From an uncultured delta proteobacterium (GTDB taxonomy: Bacteria; Myxococcota; Kuafuiibacteriia; Kuafuiibacteriales; Kuafuiibacteriaceae), in contig CAWDML010000003.1 in NCBI GenBank assembly GCA_963803435.1, positions 608,001 through 672,000 on the forward strand: a stretch of 64,000 nt of DNA. Direction: 5' to 3'. The notes below the pieces were generated by a model. That model was not told the DNA's origin. It was given only the letters and a program-made list of their open reading frames with translations, and did not search any database. A program made the position numbers and the translations under genes. How positions within the stretch are numbered: position 1 is the first letter of the stretch; every line of letters begins with the position of its first letter. Below are positions 9,621 through 18,355 of this stretch, one piece after another.

Positions 9621-9913
9621 CACAAGAACTGCAACCCGGTCACGCTCACGTCCGCGATCAGCTTCGGCGGGCATCCGATTCCATCGTGAACAACACCGCC
9701 GAGGGCGCCGGAGAGTTCAATCCACCTGAGAAGGCTCGCTTCTACCGGATGGCACTTCGCTCTGGCACCGAAAGCGCCGCCTCACTCCACACCTGCTTGA
9801 GGCGCCGACTCGCCAACGAGCAGAAGGTCCAAGCCGCCAGAGCCAAGCTCAAGTGCGTTGTCGAGATGCTCACGCGCCTCATCAAGTCGATGAACGCACG
9901 CCGGGCTGCATGA
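9611..9913 (+). pseudogene. Four-helix-bundle (23S rRNA IVP / Avd-like) protein, N-terminally truncated
   Basis: In frame from 9611: VQIAQELQPGHAHVRDQLRRASDSIVNNTAEGAGEFNPPEKARFYRMALRSGTESAA..VEMLTRL; first helix and start are missing. Confidence 0.8.
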
Positions 9914-9918
9914 TCGCC

Positions 9919-9988
9919 ATCGGGACCGGGACCGGGACCGGGACCCGGACCGGGCTCGCGGTAGCGCTACGCGCTACACGCTCCTAGC
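9919..9988 (-). repeat. Right inverted repeat of element (GGGACC hexamer array then ..CTACACGCTCCTAGC)
   Basis: ATC(GGGACC)n followed by the reverse complement of the left end. Confidence 0.9.
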
Positions 9989-10002
9989 CGACAGCAGCCT
10001 CG

Positions 10003-10662
10003 CTAACGCTTCGGGGTCCAGTTCTCGGTCGTGTGGCAGTCGCTGCAGGTGCCGGCGATCGAGGCGTGCTCGGGGGTCTTGGGGACCGCATGGCAGACGT
10101 CGCAAGCTTGGTTGACGACACGGCTGTGGACCATGACGGTCTGATTGAAGTGGGTGAGCTGGTGGCAGAGATCGCAGCCGATCGCGTCGGTGCGGGCGTG
10201 GCTGGGGACGCCCTCGCCGCTGTGGCAGCGAGTGCAGGTGCCGCGGGAGCTCTTCGGGATCAGGTCGTGCGTGAAGACGCGATCGCGGCGGAGCGTGGTG
10301 TGCTCCACGTGGCAGTTGGTGCAAGCGTACTTGCGGAGGGAGACGTGGAAGCGGATCGGCATGGCCGGGCCTTCCTTCGGAGGCGTCCCGGTGGCGAGGT
10401 CACCGTGACAGCCGGGGCCGAGGCAGCGCGAGCCGGGGGTCCCCACGAAGGGCACGTGGCAGTCGAGACAGTCGGCCAGTCGGTCGGCGCCGTCGGTGGG
10501 CGCGTCGTGCCGGCCGGGCAGGCCAATCACCACCGCCTCCGGATCCTGACCGGCCCACCAGAGGAAGAAGAGGGTGAGCGCGAGGGCGCCGGCGACGGTG
10601 AGGAGGGCAAAGAGGATCGGCCGCTCCCGGGGACCCGCGTCGGCTTCCCTTCCCACGCGCAT
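10003..10662 (-). CDS. Membrane-anchored multiheme c-type cytochrome (7 heme motifs)
   Basis: N-terminal TM; CLDCH, CLGPGCH, CTNCH, CTRCH, CDLCH, CDVCH, CSDCH. Confidence 0.88.
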   Translation of the reverse strand: MRVGREADAGPRERPILFALLTVAGALALTLFFLWWAGQDPEAVVIGLPGRHDAPTDGADRLADCLDCHVPFVGTPGSRCLGPGCHGDLATGTPPKEGPAMPIRFHVSLRKYACTNCHVEHTTLRRDRVFTHDLIPKSSRGTCTRCHSGEGVPSHARTDAIGCDLCHQLTHFNQTVMVHSRVVNQACDVCHAVPKTPEHASIAGTCSDCHTTENWTPKR

Positions 10663-10791
10663 GCTCGATACGCTCAACCCCGCGGTTTGAAAAGCGGGTA
10701 AGCCCCTGGAGAGGTCGCTCCTCAGGCTCGACGCCCCTCACCACCCGTTCAGGAGGGGCACGCTCTTTGCTGCTTTCGGGTACCTTCGTCC

Positions 10792-12174
10792 ATGGTGCGC
10801 CCCCGAATCGCGACCCCGATCCTTCTCTTCGCGCTGATTGCGGCCTCGACCGCGGTGGCGAAGCCCGAGCAGTGCGAGAAGAAAGGCAATCGCGCGCAGG
10901 TCTTCGTGAAGCCCAACACCCCGCTGTATCGCGGCCCCGGGCTCAACTACCCGGTGGCGGGCTTTCTCGAGCGCGCGCGCTGCGTCCCCTTCTCGGAGGT
11001 CTCCGTCGATCGGCAGTGGGTCCTCGTCGATCTGGGCGACAAGCTCGGGTGGGTCGAGCGCGGGACGCTGGCGAGCTCCAGCCAGGAGCTGATCGCGAAC
11101 GCGGGCGTGGGCGACGGCCCCATCGGATCGGGCCAGAAGCGCGGCTACGTCGAGGCGGTCAGCCAGGTGCTGCTCATGGAGCGGCCGGCCCAATCGGGCG
11201 AGCCGAAGAGCACCATGCCGGAGGGCTCGAAGATGCTGGGCCTCGCGATCACGAAGAACGGTCGCTGGGTCCAGGTTCGCGACGAGCGCGGCCAGATCGG
11301 GTGGGTACCCACGCGCCAGCTCAAGGGGCCGGGCCTCGACGGCCTGCCCATCACCGACGATGCCTTCAAGGTCGGCGTGAGCACGAACGGTGGCGGCGAC
11401 ATGGATCCCGACGCGGATCCTGATCCGCCGGACGTGGTCGAGGCCCCGGGCCCGACGTTCGAACAGTCCGCCGGCGTCAACATGGTGGCGGCCGTCTTCG
11501 GCGCCGCGCTGGCGCCCGTCCACTCGCTCAGCACCAACAGCCCGAACGGCTACCGCAGCTACGACCTGTCCTCCTTCTCCGGGGGCGCGGCCCTCGAGGT
11601 CGGCATCAACGACCTCGGTCCGATCTCGCTGCGCGTCGGCTATCAGTTCGCCGCAGTGGCCGGCCTCTCTCCAGAGGCCAACCCCAACCGGGTGCTCAGC
11701 GGCTTTCAGCATGACGCCCAGCTGCGCGTCGGGCTCCCGCTGGCCGCCGGCCCCGCGCTCTTCACGCCCGAGCTGGGCTATGCGTTCGGTCTGTTCGACT
11801 TCGACGTGAACCTGCCGGGTACGCCTGCGCAGTTCCTCTCCACGCTCAGCAACACCGGGCTGGCCGGTATCCGGATGCAGGTCTTCGCAGCGCGCTCGGT
11901 GCTGCTCGAGCTCGAGGCCTCGTTCCTCTTCGGCGCCACCTCGGAGGGACCGGCACAGCTCGGTGACGCCGGCTTCACCCTCGGGACGATCGTGTCCGGT
12001 GGCGCCCAGTTCCTGATCACGGACCTGATCAGCGTGGTCGCGCGCTACCACCTCAACTACCGGCGCACGCCCTACAAGGGACCGGCCACGTTCGACAGCA
12101 CGATCGGCGAGGCGACGCTGACCGATCTCTCACACGGCCTGATGCTCGGCGTTGCGTTCACGGTCGGCGGCTGA
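10792..12174 (+). CDS. Secreted protein with two SH3b-like domains and a C-terminal outer-membrane beta-barrel
   Basis: Signal peptide; LYRGPG..WVLV..LGWV and RWVQVRDERGQIGWV; alternating beta strands at C-terminus. Confidence 0.7.
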   Translation: MVRPRIATPILLFALIAASTAVAKPEQCEKKGNRAQVFVKPNTPLYRGPGLNYPVAGFLERARCVPFSEVSVDRQWVLVDLGDKLGWVERGTLASSSQELIANAGVGDGPIGSGQKRGYVEAVSQVLLMERPAQSGEPKSTMPEGSKMLGLAITKNGRWVQVRDERGQIGWVPTRQLKGPGLDGLPITDDAFKVGVSTNGGGDMDPDADPDPPDVVEAPGPTFEQSAGVNMVAAVFGAALAPVHSLSTNSPNGYRSYDLSSFSGGAALEVGINDLGPISLRVGYQFAAVAGLSPEANPNRVLSGFQHDAQLRVGLPLAAGPALFTPELGYAFGLFDFDVNLPGTPAQFLSTLSNTGLAGIRMQVFAARSVLLELEASFLFGATSEGPAQLGDAGFTLGTIVSGGAQFLITDLISVVARYHLNYRRTPYKGPATFDSTIGEATLTDLSHGLMLGVAFTVGG

Positions 12175-12187
12175 GCCGCCCGCCCGG

Positions 12188-13327
12188 CTACGGCCCGAAG
12201 TTCTTCGCGGTCTCGCGCTGCTTCTGCAGCTCGACCAGCTCGGGCACGTGGATGTCGATCTTGGCGTCCTTGCGGATCACGTCGAGACGCTTGTCGATCT
12301 CCTTCTCGGTGAGCGAGCGAAAGACATTGTCGAGGATGTCCTTTCGAACCTCGTCGTAGGGCTTCTGGCGCTCGGCGCGGGCCTTTCCCACGAAGTAGAT
12401 GTAGTAGCCGTTCGCGTCCTCGTAGATGGGGAGGATCGTGTTGGGCTTGGCGGCGAAGATCTGATCCTCGAGGTCCTTCGAGAACGTCCCGTGGGCGACC
12501 CACCCGATGTAGCCACCCTCGTGCGACTTGCCACCCTCCGAGTAGCTCTTCACCAGGTTCTCGAACTCCTCGACGGTGGGCTTGGCGCGCGCCTTCTTGT
12601 AGATCTCATCGATCCGCGTCTTGGCGATATCGCGATCGCGCTGCACCATCCCGCGCGGCGCCTTCATGAACAGGCGCCAGGACTCGCGTCCCGCGTACTC
12701 GAGATACTGCTTCTTGTTGCGCTCGTAGTAGGCCTTCGCTTCGGTCTCCATCCGCGTCTCGATCTCGCCCCGGATCTTGGCGATGATCGCGGCCTCGAGG
12801 GCCTGGAACTCGGCGTCGTGCTTTCGCTGCTCCTCGTCCTTGCCGGCGCGCAGGAGGAAGGCGGCGAACGACGGATCGTTCTGCATGCGCTGCTCGAGGT
12901 CGGCGAGCCAGGCCTTCGCGAACTCGGGATCTGGCTTGGCCTCGAGCTTGTCGGCCAGCTCGTGCATGAGCTCGCGCTCGACCAGCTGGTGCACCGCGCT
13001 GTCGAGGATCTTGAACCGCGTCAGCGGCACGTTGGGCTTGGCTGCGTTCACCTGGATCTGCATGGCGCGGAGCGCCTGCTCCAGATCAGCCTTGGGAATC
13101 GGTCGTCCATCCACCTCTGCCACCACCTCGGGCGCCTCGGGCATCTTGAACAGGTCGTCGAGCGTGAGCGCGACGGACGAGGTCGAGTGTCCGGGCGGCG
13201 TCTGGGCCTTGTCGGGCTGGCTCGCCGGCGTCTCTTCGGGCGACTCCGCCTGCTCCGTCTTCGGGGGCGCGCTCGGGCACGCCCACAGAGCGGCGCAAAG
13301 ACCGGGCAGGAACGCTCTCACTTTCAT
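12188..13327 (-). CDS. SurA/PrsA-like parvulin peptidyl-prolyl isomerase lipoprotein
   Basis: Lipobox LWAC; VVAEVDG; FENLVKSYSEG..GGYIGW..LEDQIF. Confidence 0.85.
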   Translation of the reverse strand: MKVRAFLPGLCAALWACPSAPPKTEQAESPEETPASQPDKAQTPPGHSTSSVALTLDDLFKMPEAPEVVAEVDGRPIPKADLEQALRAMQIQVNAAKPNVPLTRFKILDSAVHQLVERELMHELADKLEAKPDPEFAKAWLADLEQRMQNDPSFAAFLLRAGKDEEQRKHDAEFQALEAAIIAKIRGEIETRMETEAKAYYERNKKQYLEYAGRESWRLFMKAPRGMVQRDRDIAKTRIDEIYKKARAKPTVEEFENLVKSYSEGGKSHEGGYIGWVAHGTFSKDLEDQIFAAKPNTILPIYEDANGYYIYFVGKARAERQKPYDEVRKDILDNVFRSLTEKEIDKRLDVIRKDAKIDIHVPELVELQKQRETAKNFGP

Positions 13328-13495
13328 GGGGGCATATCAACATTCTTCAAGAGTTGAGGCAACTTGGGGACCGTGCCCCCCATGTTTGAGGACCGACGAC
13401 CCCACCGGAGCCGCCTGAAACCCTCGCGCTCCGTCGAGGTTTTGGATTGCCCCCCGGAAAGATGTCGGGCACCTCAATGGACACGACCGGACCAC

Positions 13496-13568
13496 GCACG
13501 GTTAGTTCAGTTGGAAGAACGCAGCCCTCCGAAGGCTGAGGCCGCAGGTTCGAGTCCTGCACCGTGCG
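13496..13568 (+). tRNA. tRNA-Arg (CCG)
   Basis: Acceptor GCACGGT/ACCGTGC, anticodon arm CAGCC-CTCCGAA-GGCTG, T-arm GCAGGTTCGAGTCCTGC; CCA not encoded. Confidence 0.95.
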
Positions 13569-13572
13569 CTCC

Positions 13573-14967
13573 TCAACCGTTCCGTCTCAGACGAACCTCC
13601 ACTGTCGATGCCTCGCCCTCCATCAGCCGGAGGCCGGCCGGCAGGATCAGCTTCGCCGAGCGGCCGTCCTCGAGCCGGCTCAGATCGATCGGTTCCGTCG
13701 TGATGGGGCCGTCGTCGCGGCTGCCCTCGGCCGCGCGGACGCGGACCGAAGCCGGGCTCACCTCCAGGCGCGCGCCCGGCGGAAGCCCGCCCACGACCGC
13801 TACGCGGACCGGCCGCCGCTCGATCTCCGTCTCGAGGAGGCGGAGGTTCACCACGGACGGATGGATCTCCAGCACGTCGAGCGTGGGCGGCAAGGAGATG
13901 TCGGAGCGATCGATCGCGAGACGGTGAAAGCCGGCCTGCGCGTGGGAGAGGTCGACCGCCGCGCTCACGTCGCCGCCCGCGAGGCCCTGGAAGGCGGCCC
14001 TTCGTCCGGCGATCGTGACCTGGACGGTGGCGGGCCGCGGCTCGAGGAGAGCGACCGCGTCCGGAACGTTGCGATACTCGATCGGCACCATCAGCGTCTG
14101 CTGCACGGTGCCCTCGAGGAACACCAGCACGAACCAGAGCACCGACGCCGTGAACACCGCGATTCCGGCGCGCGAGAGAATGCCGCGTACCGCGGTGCCG
14201 CGAGGTCGAGGTCGGGGCGTGACACCCGCGAGCGGAAGGATCCGCGCCTCGAGCTCGGTGAGGCTCAGGCCCTGATCGAGCACGCCGTTCTGCGCGATCG
14301 AGATCTCGCCGCGCTCTTCTGACACGACGATGACCATCGCGTCACACTGCTCCGACAGTCCGAGCGCTGCGGCGTGGCGCGTTCCGAGCCGGCCGGTCGA
14401 TCCCGCGCGCTTCGAGAGCGGCAGGTAGACCGCGAACCTGCGCACGATCCCGCCCTCGACGATTGCCGCGCCGTCGTGACCGGGCGAGTCGGGGTTGAAG
14501 ATGCTCTCGAGCAGCGGGCCGCTGAGGTGCCCGTCCAGCACGAGGCCGCTCGTGAGGTGAGGTTGAAGGCTCTCGTGACCGGGGACCACGATCAGCGCCC
14601 CGACCTTGTGCTCGGCCATCCGCACCACGCTGGCGATCAGCTCGGCGGCGGCGCCCAGGTCGGCCGACGTGCCCCGCCCGCCCATGATCCGTAGCGCTGT
14701 GATGCGGTGCAGGCTCCTCCGGATGTCGTCCTGAAACGCGATCACTGCGAGGAGCGTCGCGATCCAGAGGCCCGCGCCCATCAGCATCGAGGCCAGGTGG
14801 AGCCCGAACGTTCGCGCGAGCAGGTAGCTGATCCCGACGCCGCCCAGCACCAGCACGAAGGCGCGCGCGCGCTGGCGGCCGAGTGAGGCCAACAGAAAAT
14901 AGATCAGCGCGGCCACGACCAGCACATCCAGAAGATCGGCCCACTTGATCCCCGCTGCGGTTCGCAT
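13573..14967 (-). CDS. cdaA: Diadenylate cyclase CdaA fused to YbbR (CdaR-like) domain(s)
   Basis: 3 N-terminal TMs, FQDDIRRSL, GALIV, SIF..SPGHDGA, GTRHAAALGLSEQCDA..VVSEERG, then TM and YbbR-like VPIEYRNVP; start 14967 or 15009. Confidence 0.9.
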   Translation of the reverse strand: MRTAAGIKWADLLDVLVVAALIYFLLASLGRQRARAFVLVLGGVGISYLLARTFGLHLASMLMGAGLWIATLLAVIAFQDDIRRSLHRITALRIMGGRGTSADLGAAAELIASVVRMAEHKVGALIVVPGHESLQPHLTSGLVLDGHLSGPLLESIFNPDSPGHDGAAIVEGGIVRRFAVYLPLSKRAGSTGRLGTRHAAALGLSEQCDAMVIVVSEERGEISIAQNGVLDQGLSLTELEARILPLAGVTPRPRPRGTAVRGILSRAGIAVFTASVLWFVLVFLEGTVQQTLMVPIEYRNVPDAVALLEPRPATVQVTIAGRRAAFQGLAGGDVSAAVDLSHAQAGFHRLAIDRSDISLPPTLDVLEIHPSVVNLRLLETEIERRPVRVAVVGGLPPGARLEVSPASVRVRAAEGSRDDGPITTEPIDLSRLEDGRSAKLILPAGLRLMEGEASTVEVRLRRNG

Positions 14968-15188
14968 CCGGTATCGAGGCCAACGCGCGATCTGCCGCGG
15001 AGCTTCCATCCCTGCCAGACATGCGTGGGACCTGGCCTCGCGATTGCTCGCGCCGCCCGGTCCGCCCGCATGATTCGCGCGCAGCGCCCGGGCGACACGG
15101 CTGCAGCCGAGGCGTTTCGATCCGCCGCCCGATGCACCCAGGTCCGGCCGCAATTCGTCCGGCACGACACCTGCAGCAGGTTGAGTAC

Positions 15189-15443
15189 ATGCTGAGCTTC
15201 ATCTGGATGCTGATCATCGGCCTCGTCGTCGGCGTCGTGGCCAAGCTGCTCATGCCGGGACGTGATCCCGGCGGCTTCGTGATCACCACGCTGCTGGGGA
15301 TCGCAGGTTCCTTCGTCGCCGGCCTCCTCGGGCGGGCCCTCGGCTGGTATCACCTGGGCCAGGCGCCCGGGTTCATCGCCTCGGTGCTCGGCGCGATGGT
15401 GCTGCTCCTCGGCTATCGCCTGATCCGAGGCCGTCGCTACTGA
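15189..15443 (+). CDS. GlsB/YeaQ/YmgE transglycosylase-associated membrane protein
   Basis: IIGLVVGVVAKLLMPGRDPGGFVITTLLGIAGS..FIASVLGA. Confidence 0.9.
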   Translation: MLSFIWMLIIGLVVGVVAKLLMPGRDPGGFVITTLLGIAGSFVAGLLGRALGWYHLGQAPGFIASVLGAMVLLLGYRLIRGRRY

Positions 15444-15445
15444 CC

Positions 15446-16897
15446 TCAGGCGGCCGAGCGCAGCGCGCGCTCGAGGAGCTCGAGCCCCTGATCGACCACC
15501 TCGTCGCTCGCGGTCAGCGGGACCAGGATGCGGAGAACGTTCCCGTCCTGCCCGCAGGCCAGCAGGATCAAGCCGTCCTCGAGCGCCTTTGCCACCGTCG
15601 CCTTGGTGGCGGCGGTCGCCGGCTCGCCCGTCTTCGGGTCTGTGAGCTCGACCGCCATCATCCCGCCTAGACCTCGGACGTCCCCGATCAGCGGAATCGA
15701 CTCGCGCAGCCCCTCGAGCTTCGCCCGGATCTTCTCGCCGAGCGAGGTCGACCGAGCCAACAGCCCATCCTCTTCGATCGTGTCGAGCACCCCGAGCGCG
15801 GCCTCGCACGCCACCGGGAAGCCGCCATAGGTGCCGCCCAGCCCGCCCGGATCCACCGCGTCCATCACGTCGGCTCGACCGACCACGCCGGAGAGCGGGA
15901 AGCCGCCGGCCAGGCTCTTCGCCATCGTGATCAGATCCGCCTGGACGCCGCTGTGCTCCATCGCGAAGAGCTTGCCGGTCCGCGCGAAGCCGGACTGGAC
16001 CTCGTCGGCGATCAAGAGGATGCCATGCTGATCGCAGAGCGCGCGCAGCTTCTTCAAGAAGGACGGCGTCGCGACGTTGAACCCACCTTCGCCCTGCACC
16101 GGCTCGATCACGATGGCCGCCACGCGCGCGGGATCGACGTCGGCCTTGAACAGCTGCTCGATCGACTTCAGCGACTGCTCCTCGCTGACGCCGCGGTACG
16201 CGTTAGGATAGAGCGCGTGGTAGACGTCGCCGGGGAAGGGACCGAAGCTCTTCTTGTATGGCGCCACCTTTCCGGTCAGCGCCAGCGTCATCATCGTCCG
16301 CCCGTGAAAGCCGCCGCCGAACGAGATCACGGCGGATCGACCGGTCGACGCACGCGCGATCTTGACCGCGTTTTCGACCGCCTCGGCGCCGGTGGTGAAG
16401 AAGATGGACTTGGCAAGGCCTGCGATCGGCGCGGCCGCGTTGATGCGCTCGGCCAGCGCCACGTAGCTCTCGTACGGATTCACCTGGAAGCAGGTGTGCG
16501 TGAAACGGGCCAGCTGCTTCTTCACCCGCTCCATCACCTTCGGGTTGCGATGCCCGGTGTTGAGCACGCCGATGCCGCCGCCGAAGTCGATATACCGGCG
16601 GCCCTCGACGTCCCAGAGATAGGCGTTCTCAGCCCGTGCGGCGAACACCGTGGTGGCGCTGCCGATGCCGCGCGGGATGGCCGCCTGCCGCCGCACCAGG
16701 AGCTCGGCGTTGGTGGTGGGCCTCGCCCTCTTGGCCGCACGCCTCGGCTTCGAGTCGGAGAAGCTGGCCCAGAGGGACGGATCGGTGGTGAGCGCGTCGC
16801 CGTTCGTCACCCGTCGATCCTGCCCGCTCGGACCGGCCTCCATTACGGCGGTCCTCTTCCCTCGTAGCCCCGTCACGCTGGCGTTCATTCCAGTCAT
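15446..16897 (-). CDS. gabT: 4-aminobutyrate aminotransferase
   Basis: RRQAAIPRG, DVEGRRYIDFGGGIGVLNTGH, TTGAEAVENAVK, IEPVQGEGG, DEVQSGFARTG, TMAKSLAGG; true start lies well inside ORF 15446..18151. Confidence 0.93.
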   Translation of the reverse strand: MTGMNASVTGLRGKRTAVMEAGPSGQDRRVTNGDALTTDPSLWASFSDSKPRRAAKRARPTTNAELLVRRQAAIPRGIGSATTVFAARAENAYLWDVEGRRYIDFGGGIGVLNTGHRNPKVMERVKKQLARFTHTCFQVNPYESYVALAERINAAAPIAGLAKSIFFTTGAEAVENAVKIARASTGRSAVISFGGGFHGRTMMTLALTGKVAPYKKSFGPFPGDVYHALYPNAYRGVSEEQSLKSIEQLFKADVDPARVAAIVIEPVQGEGGFNVATPSFLKKLRALCDQHGILLIADEVQSGFARTGKLFAMEHSGVQADLITMAKSLAGGFPLSGVVGRADVMDAVDPGGLGGTYGGFPVACEAALGVLDTIEEDGLLARSTSLGEKIRAKLEGLRESIPLIGDVRGLGGMMAVELTDPKTGEPATAATKATVAKALEDGLILLACGQDGNVLRILVPLTASDEVVDQGLELLERALRSAA

Positions 16898-16902
16898 CTG
16901 TT

Positions 16903-18348
16903 TCACCCGATCCACACCGTCTTGGTGTTCACGAACTCGAGCATGCCCTCGCGCGCCAGCTCCCGGCCGATGCCGGAGGCCTTGATGCCGCCGAACGGCA
17001 GCCGGGGGTCGCTCTTCACCATGCCGTTCACGAAGACCGCGCCCGCCTCGATCCGCGGCACCAGCGCCTCGCCCCGGGCGGCGTCGGTCCACACGCTGGC
17101 GCCCAGCCCGAACCTCGACTGGTTCGCCACCTCGATCGCGCGCTCGGCGTCGTCGACCTTGATGATCGCCGCCACCGGACCGAAGAGCTCCTCGCGGGCG
17201 GCCGGATTGCCCGGCTCGACGTCCACCAGGATCGTCGGCGGGTAGTACGCGCCCGGGCCGTGCGGGATCTTGCCGCCGAGCGTGAGCTTCGCGCCCTGGG
17301 CCACCGAGGCCTCGACCTGCGCGTGCAGGCGCCGGCGCGCCTTCAGCGAGCACTGCGGCCCGATCTGGGTCCCCTCGTCGAGCGGGTTGCCCATCTTGAT
17401 GGCCTTCATCGCCTCGGTGAAGTGGTGGACGAACTCGTCGTAGACCGAGGCCTCCACGATGAACCGCTTGGCGGCGATGCAGCTCTGGCCGGCGTTGATC
17501 GTGCGGGCCTTGGCAGCGACCTCGGCGGCCCGCTTCACGTCGGCGCCCGCGAGCACGATGAACGGATCCGAGCCGCCGAGCTCGAGCACCACCTTCTTGA
17601 GCCGGTCGCCTGCGATCCTTCCCACGGAGCGACCGGCCTGCTCGCTCCCGGTGAGCGTCACCGCCTTGATGGCGTCGTTCTCGATGACCGCCCGGACCTG
17701 CCGCACCGAGATGATCAACGTACGGAAGAGGTCCTTGGGAAAGCCGGCGTCCCGGAGGATCGCCTCGATCGCGAGGGCCGACCGCGGCACGTTGTCCGCG
17801 TGCTTGAGCACGCCGCCGTTGCCGGCCATCAGGTTCGGCGCGGCGAAGCGGAAGACCTGCCAGAAGGGGAAGTTCCAGGGCATCACCGCCAGCACTACGC
17901 CGAGCGGGTCGTAGCGGACGTAGCTCTTCTTCGCGTCGCTCTCGACGCCGCGGGGCGCCAGGAACTCGGCGGCGTGCTCCGCGTAGTAGCGGCAGACGGC
18001 GGCGCACTTGTCGATCTCGGCCCGACCGTCGGCGAGCGGCTTGCCCATCTCGCGCGCCATCAGCTGCGCCAGGTCCTCCCTGCGCTCGATGAGGAGCTCG
18101 GCCGCCCGGAGCAGCGGGGCACGGCGCGCCTCCAGCGGGACCTTCGCCCACGCCGACTGGGCCTCAGCCGCGGCGGAGAGGATCTGCTTCACCTCGCGGT
18201 CCGCCATCCACCGTGGGCCCGCGATCTTGCGACCGGTCGCAGGATCCTTGAGCTCGATCGGCGGCGTCGCGACCGCGATCGGCGCCGCCCGCGACGGGGG
18301 GAGCGGGAGGATGCGGGCCCGCTCGGCGATCTGCGTGGCGCTCCTCAT
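16903..18348 (-). CDS. NAD(P)-dependent succinate-semialdehyde dehydrogenase (Sad/GabD type)
   Basis: VMPWNFPFWQVFRFAAP, LELGGSDP, NAGQSCIAAKRF, EELFGP, LPFGGIKASG; adjacent to gabT. Confidence 0.9.
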   Translation of the reverse strand: MRSATQIAERARILPLPPSRAAPIAVATPPIELKDPATGRKIAGPRWMADREVKQILSAAAEAQSAWAKVPLEARRAPLLRAAELLIERREDLAQLMAREMGKPLADGRAEIDKCAAVCRYYAEHAAEFLAPRGVESDAKKSYVRYDPLGVVLAVMPWNFPFWQVFRFAAPNLMAGNGGVLKHADNVPRSALAIEAILRDAGFPKDLFRTLIISVRQVRAVIENDAIKAVTLTGSEQAGRSVGRIAGDRLKKVVLELGGSDPFIVLAGADVKRAAEVAAKARTINAGQSCIAAKRFIVEASVYDEFVHHFTEAMKAIKMGNPLDEGTQIGPQCSLKARRRLHAQVEASVAQGAKLTLGGKIPHGPGAYYPPTILVDVEPGNPAAREELFGPVAAIIKVDDAERAIEVANQSRFGLGASVWTDAARGEALVPRIEAGAVFVNGMVKSDPRLPFGGIKASGIGRELAREGMLEFVNTKTVWIG

Positions 18349-18355
18349 CGCGCGT

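Larger units (their letters stand above)
9115..9987. mobile_element. Non-autonomous IS1182-derived element with four-helix-bundle passenger remnant
   Basis: ~70-bp imperfect inverted ends bounded by CTAG on each side; contains IS1182-like transposase fragment (-) and four-helix-bundle fragment (+); more AT-rich than the flanks. Confidence 0.8.

Noticed and set aside
9611-9913. Avd-like four-helix bundle as a sign of a diversity-generating retroelement or an rRNA intervening sequence
   Set aside because: No reverse transcriptase, template/variable repeat pair or rRNA sequence was seen in the window
13418-13443. Hairpin AAACCCTCG..CGAGGTTTT upstream of tRNA-Arg as a terminator or ncRNA
   Set aside because: The stem is short and imperfect and lies between divergent genes with no gene ending into it; support is insufficient
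6728-13568. Genomic island or prophage integrated at tRNA-Cys or tRNA-Arg
   Set aside because: No integrase or phage genes were found, and I noticed no duplicated tRNA 3' end
15446-18151. 901-aa GabT fusion protein in the ORF track
   Set aside because: The N-terminal part is an off-frame overlap with the SSADH gene; real gabT begins at about 16897
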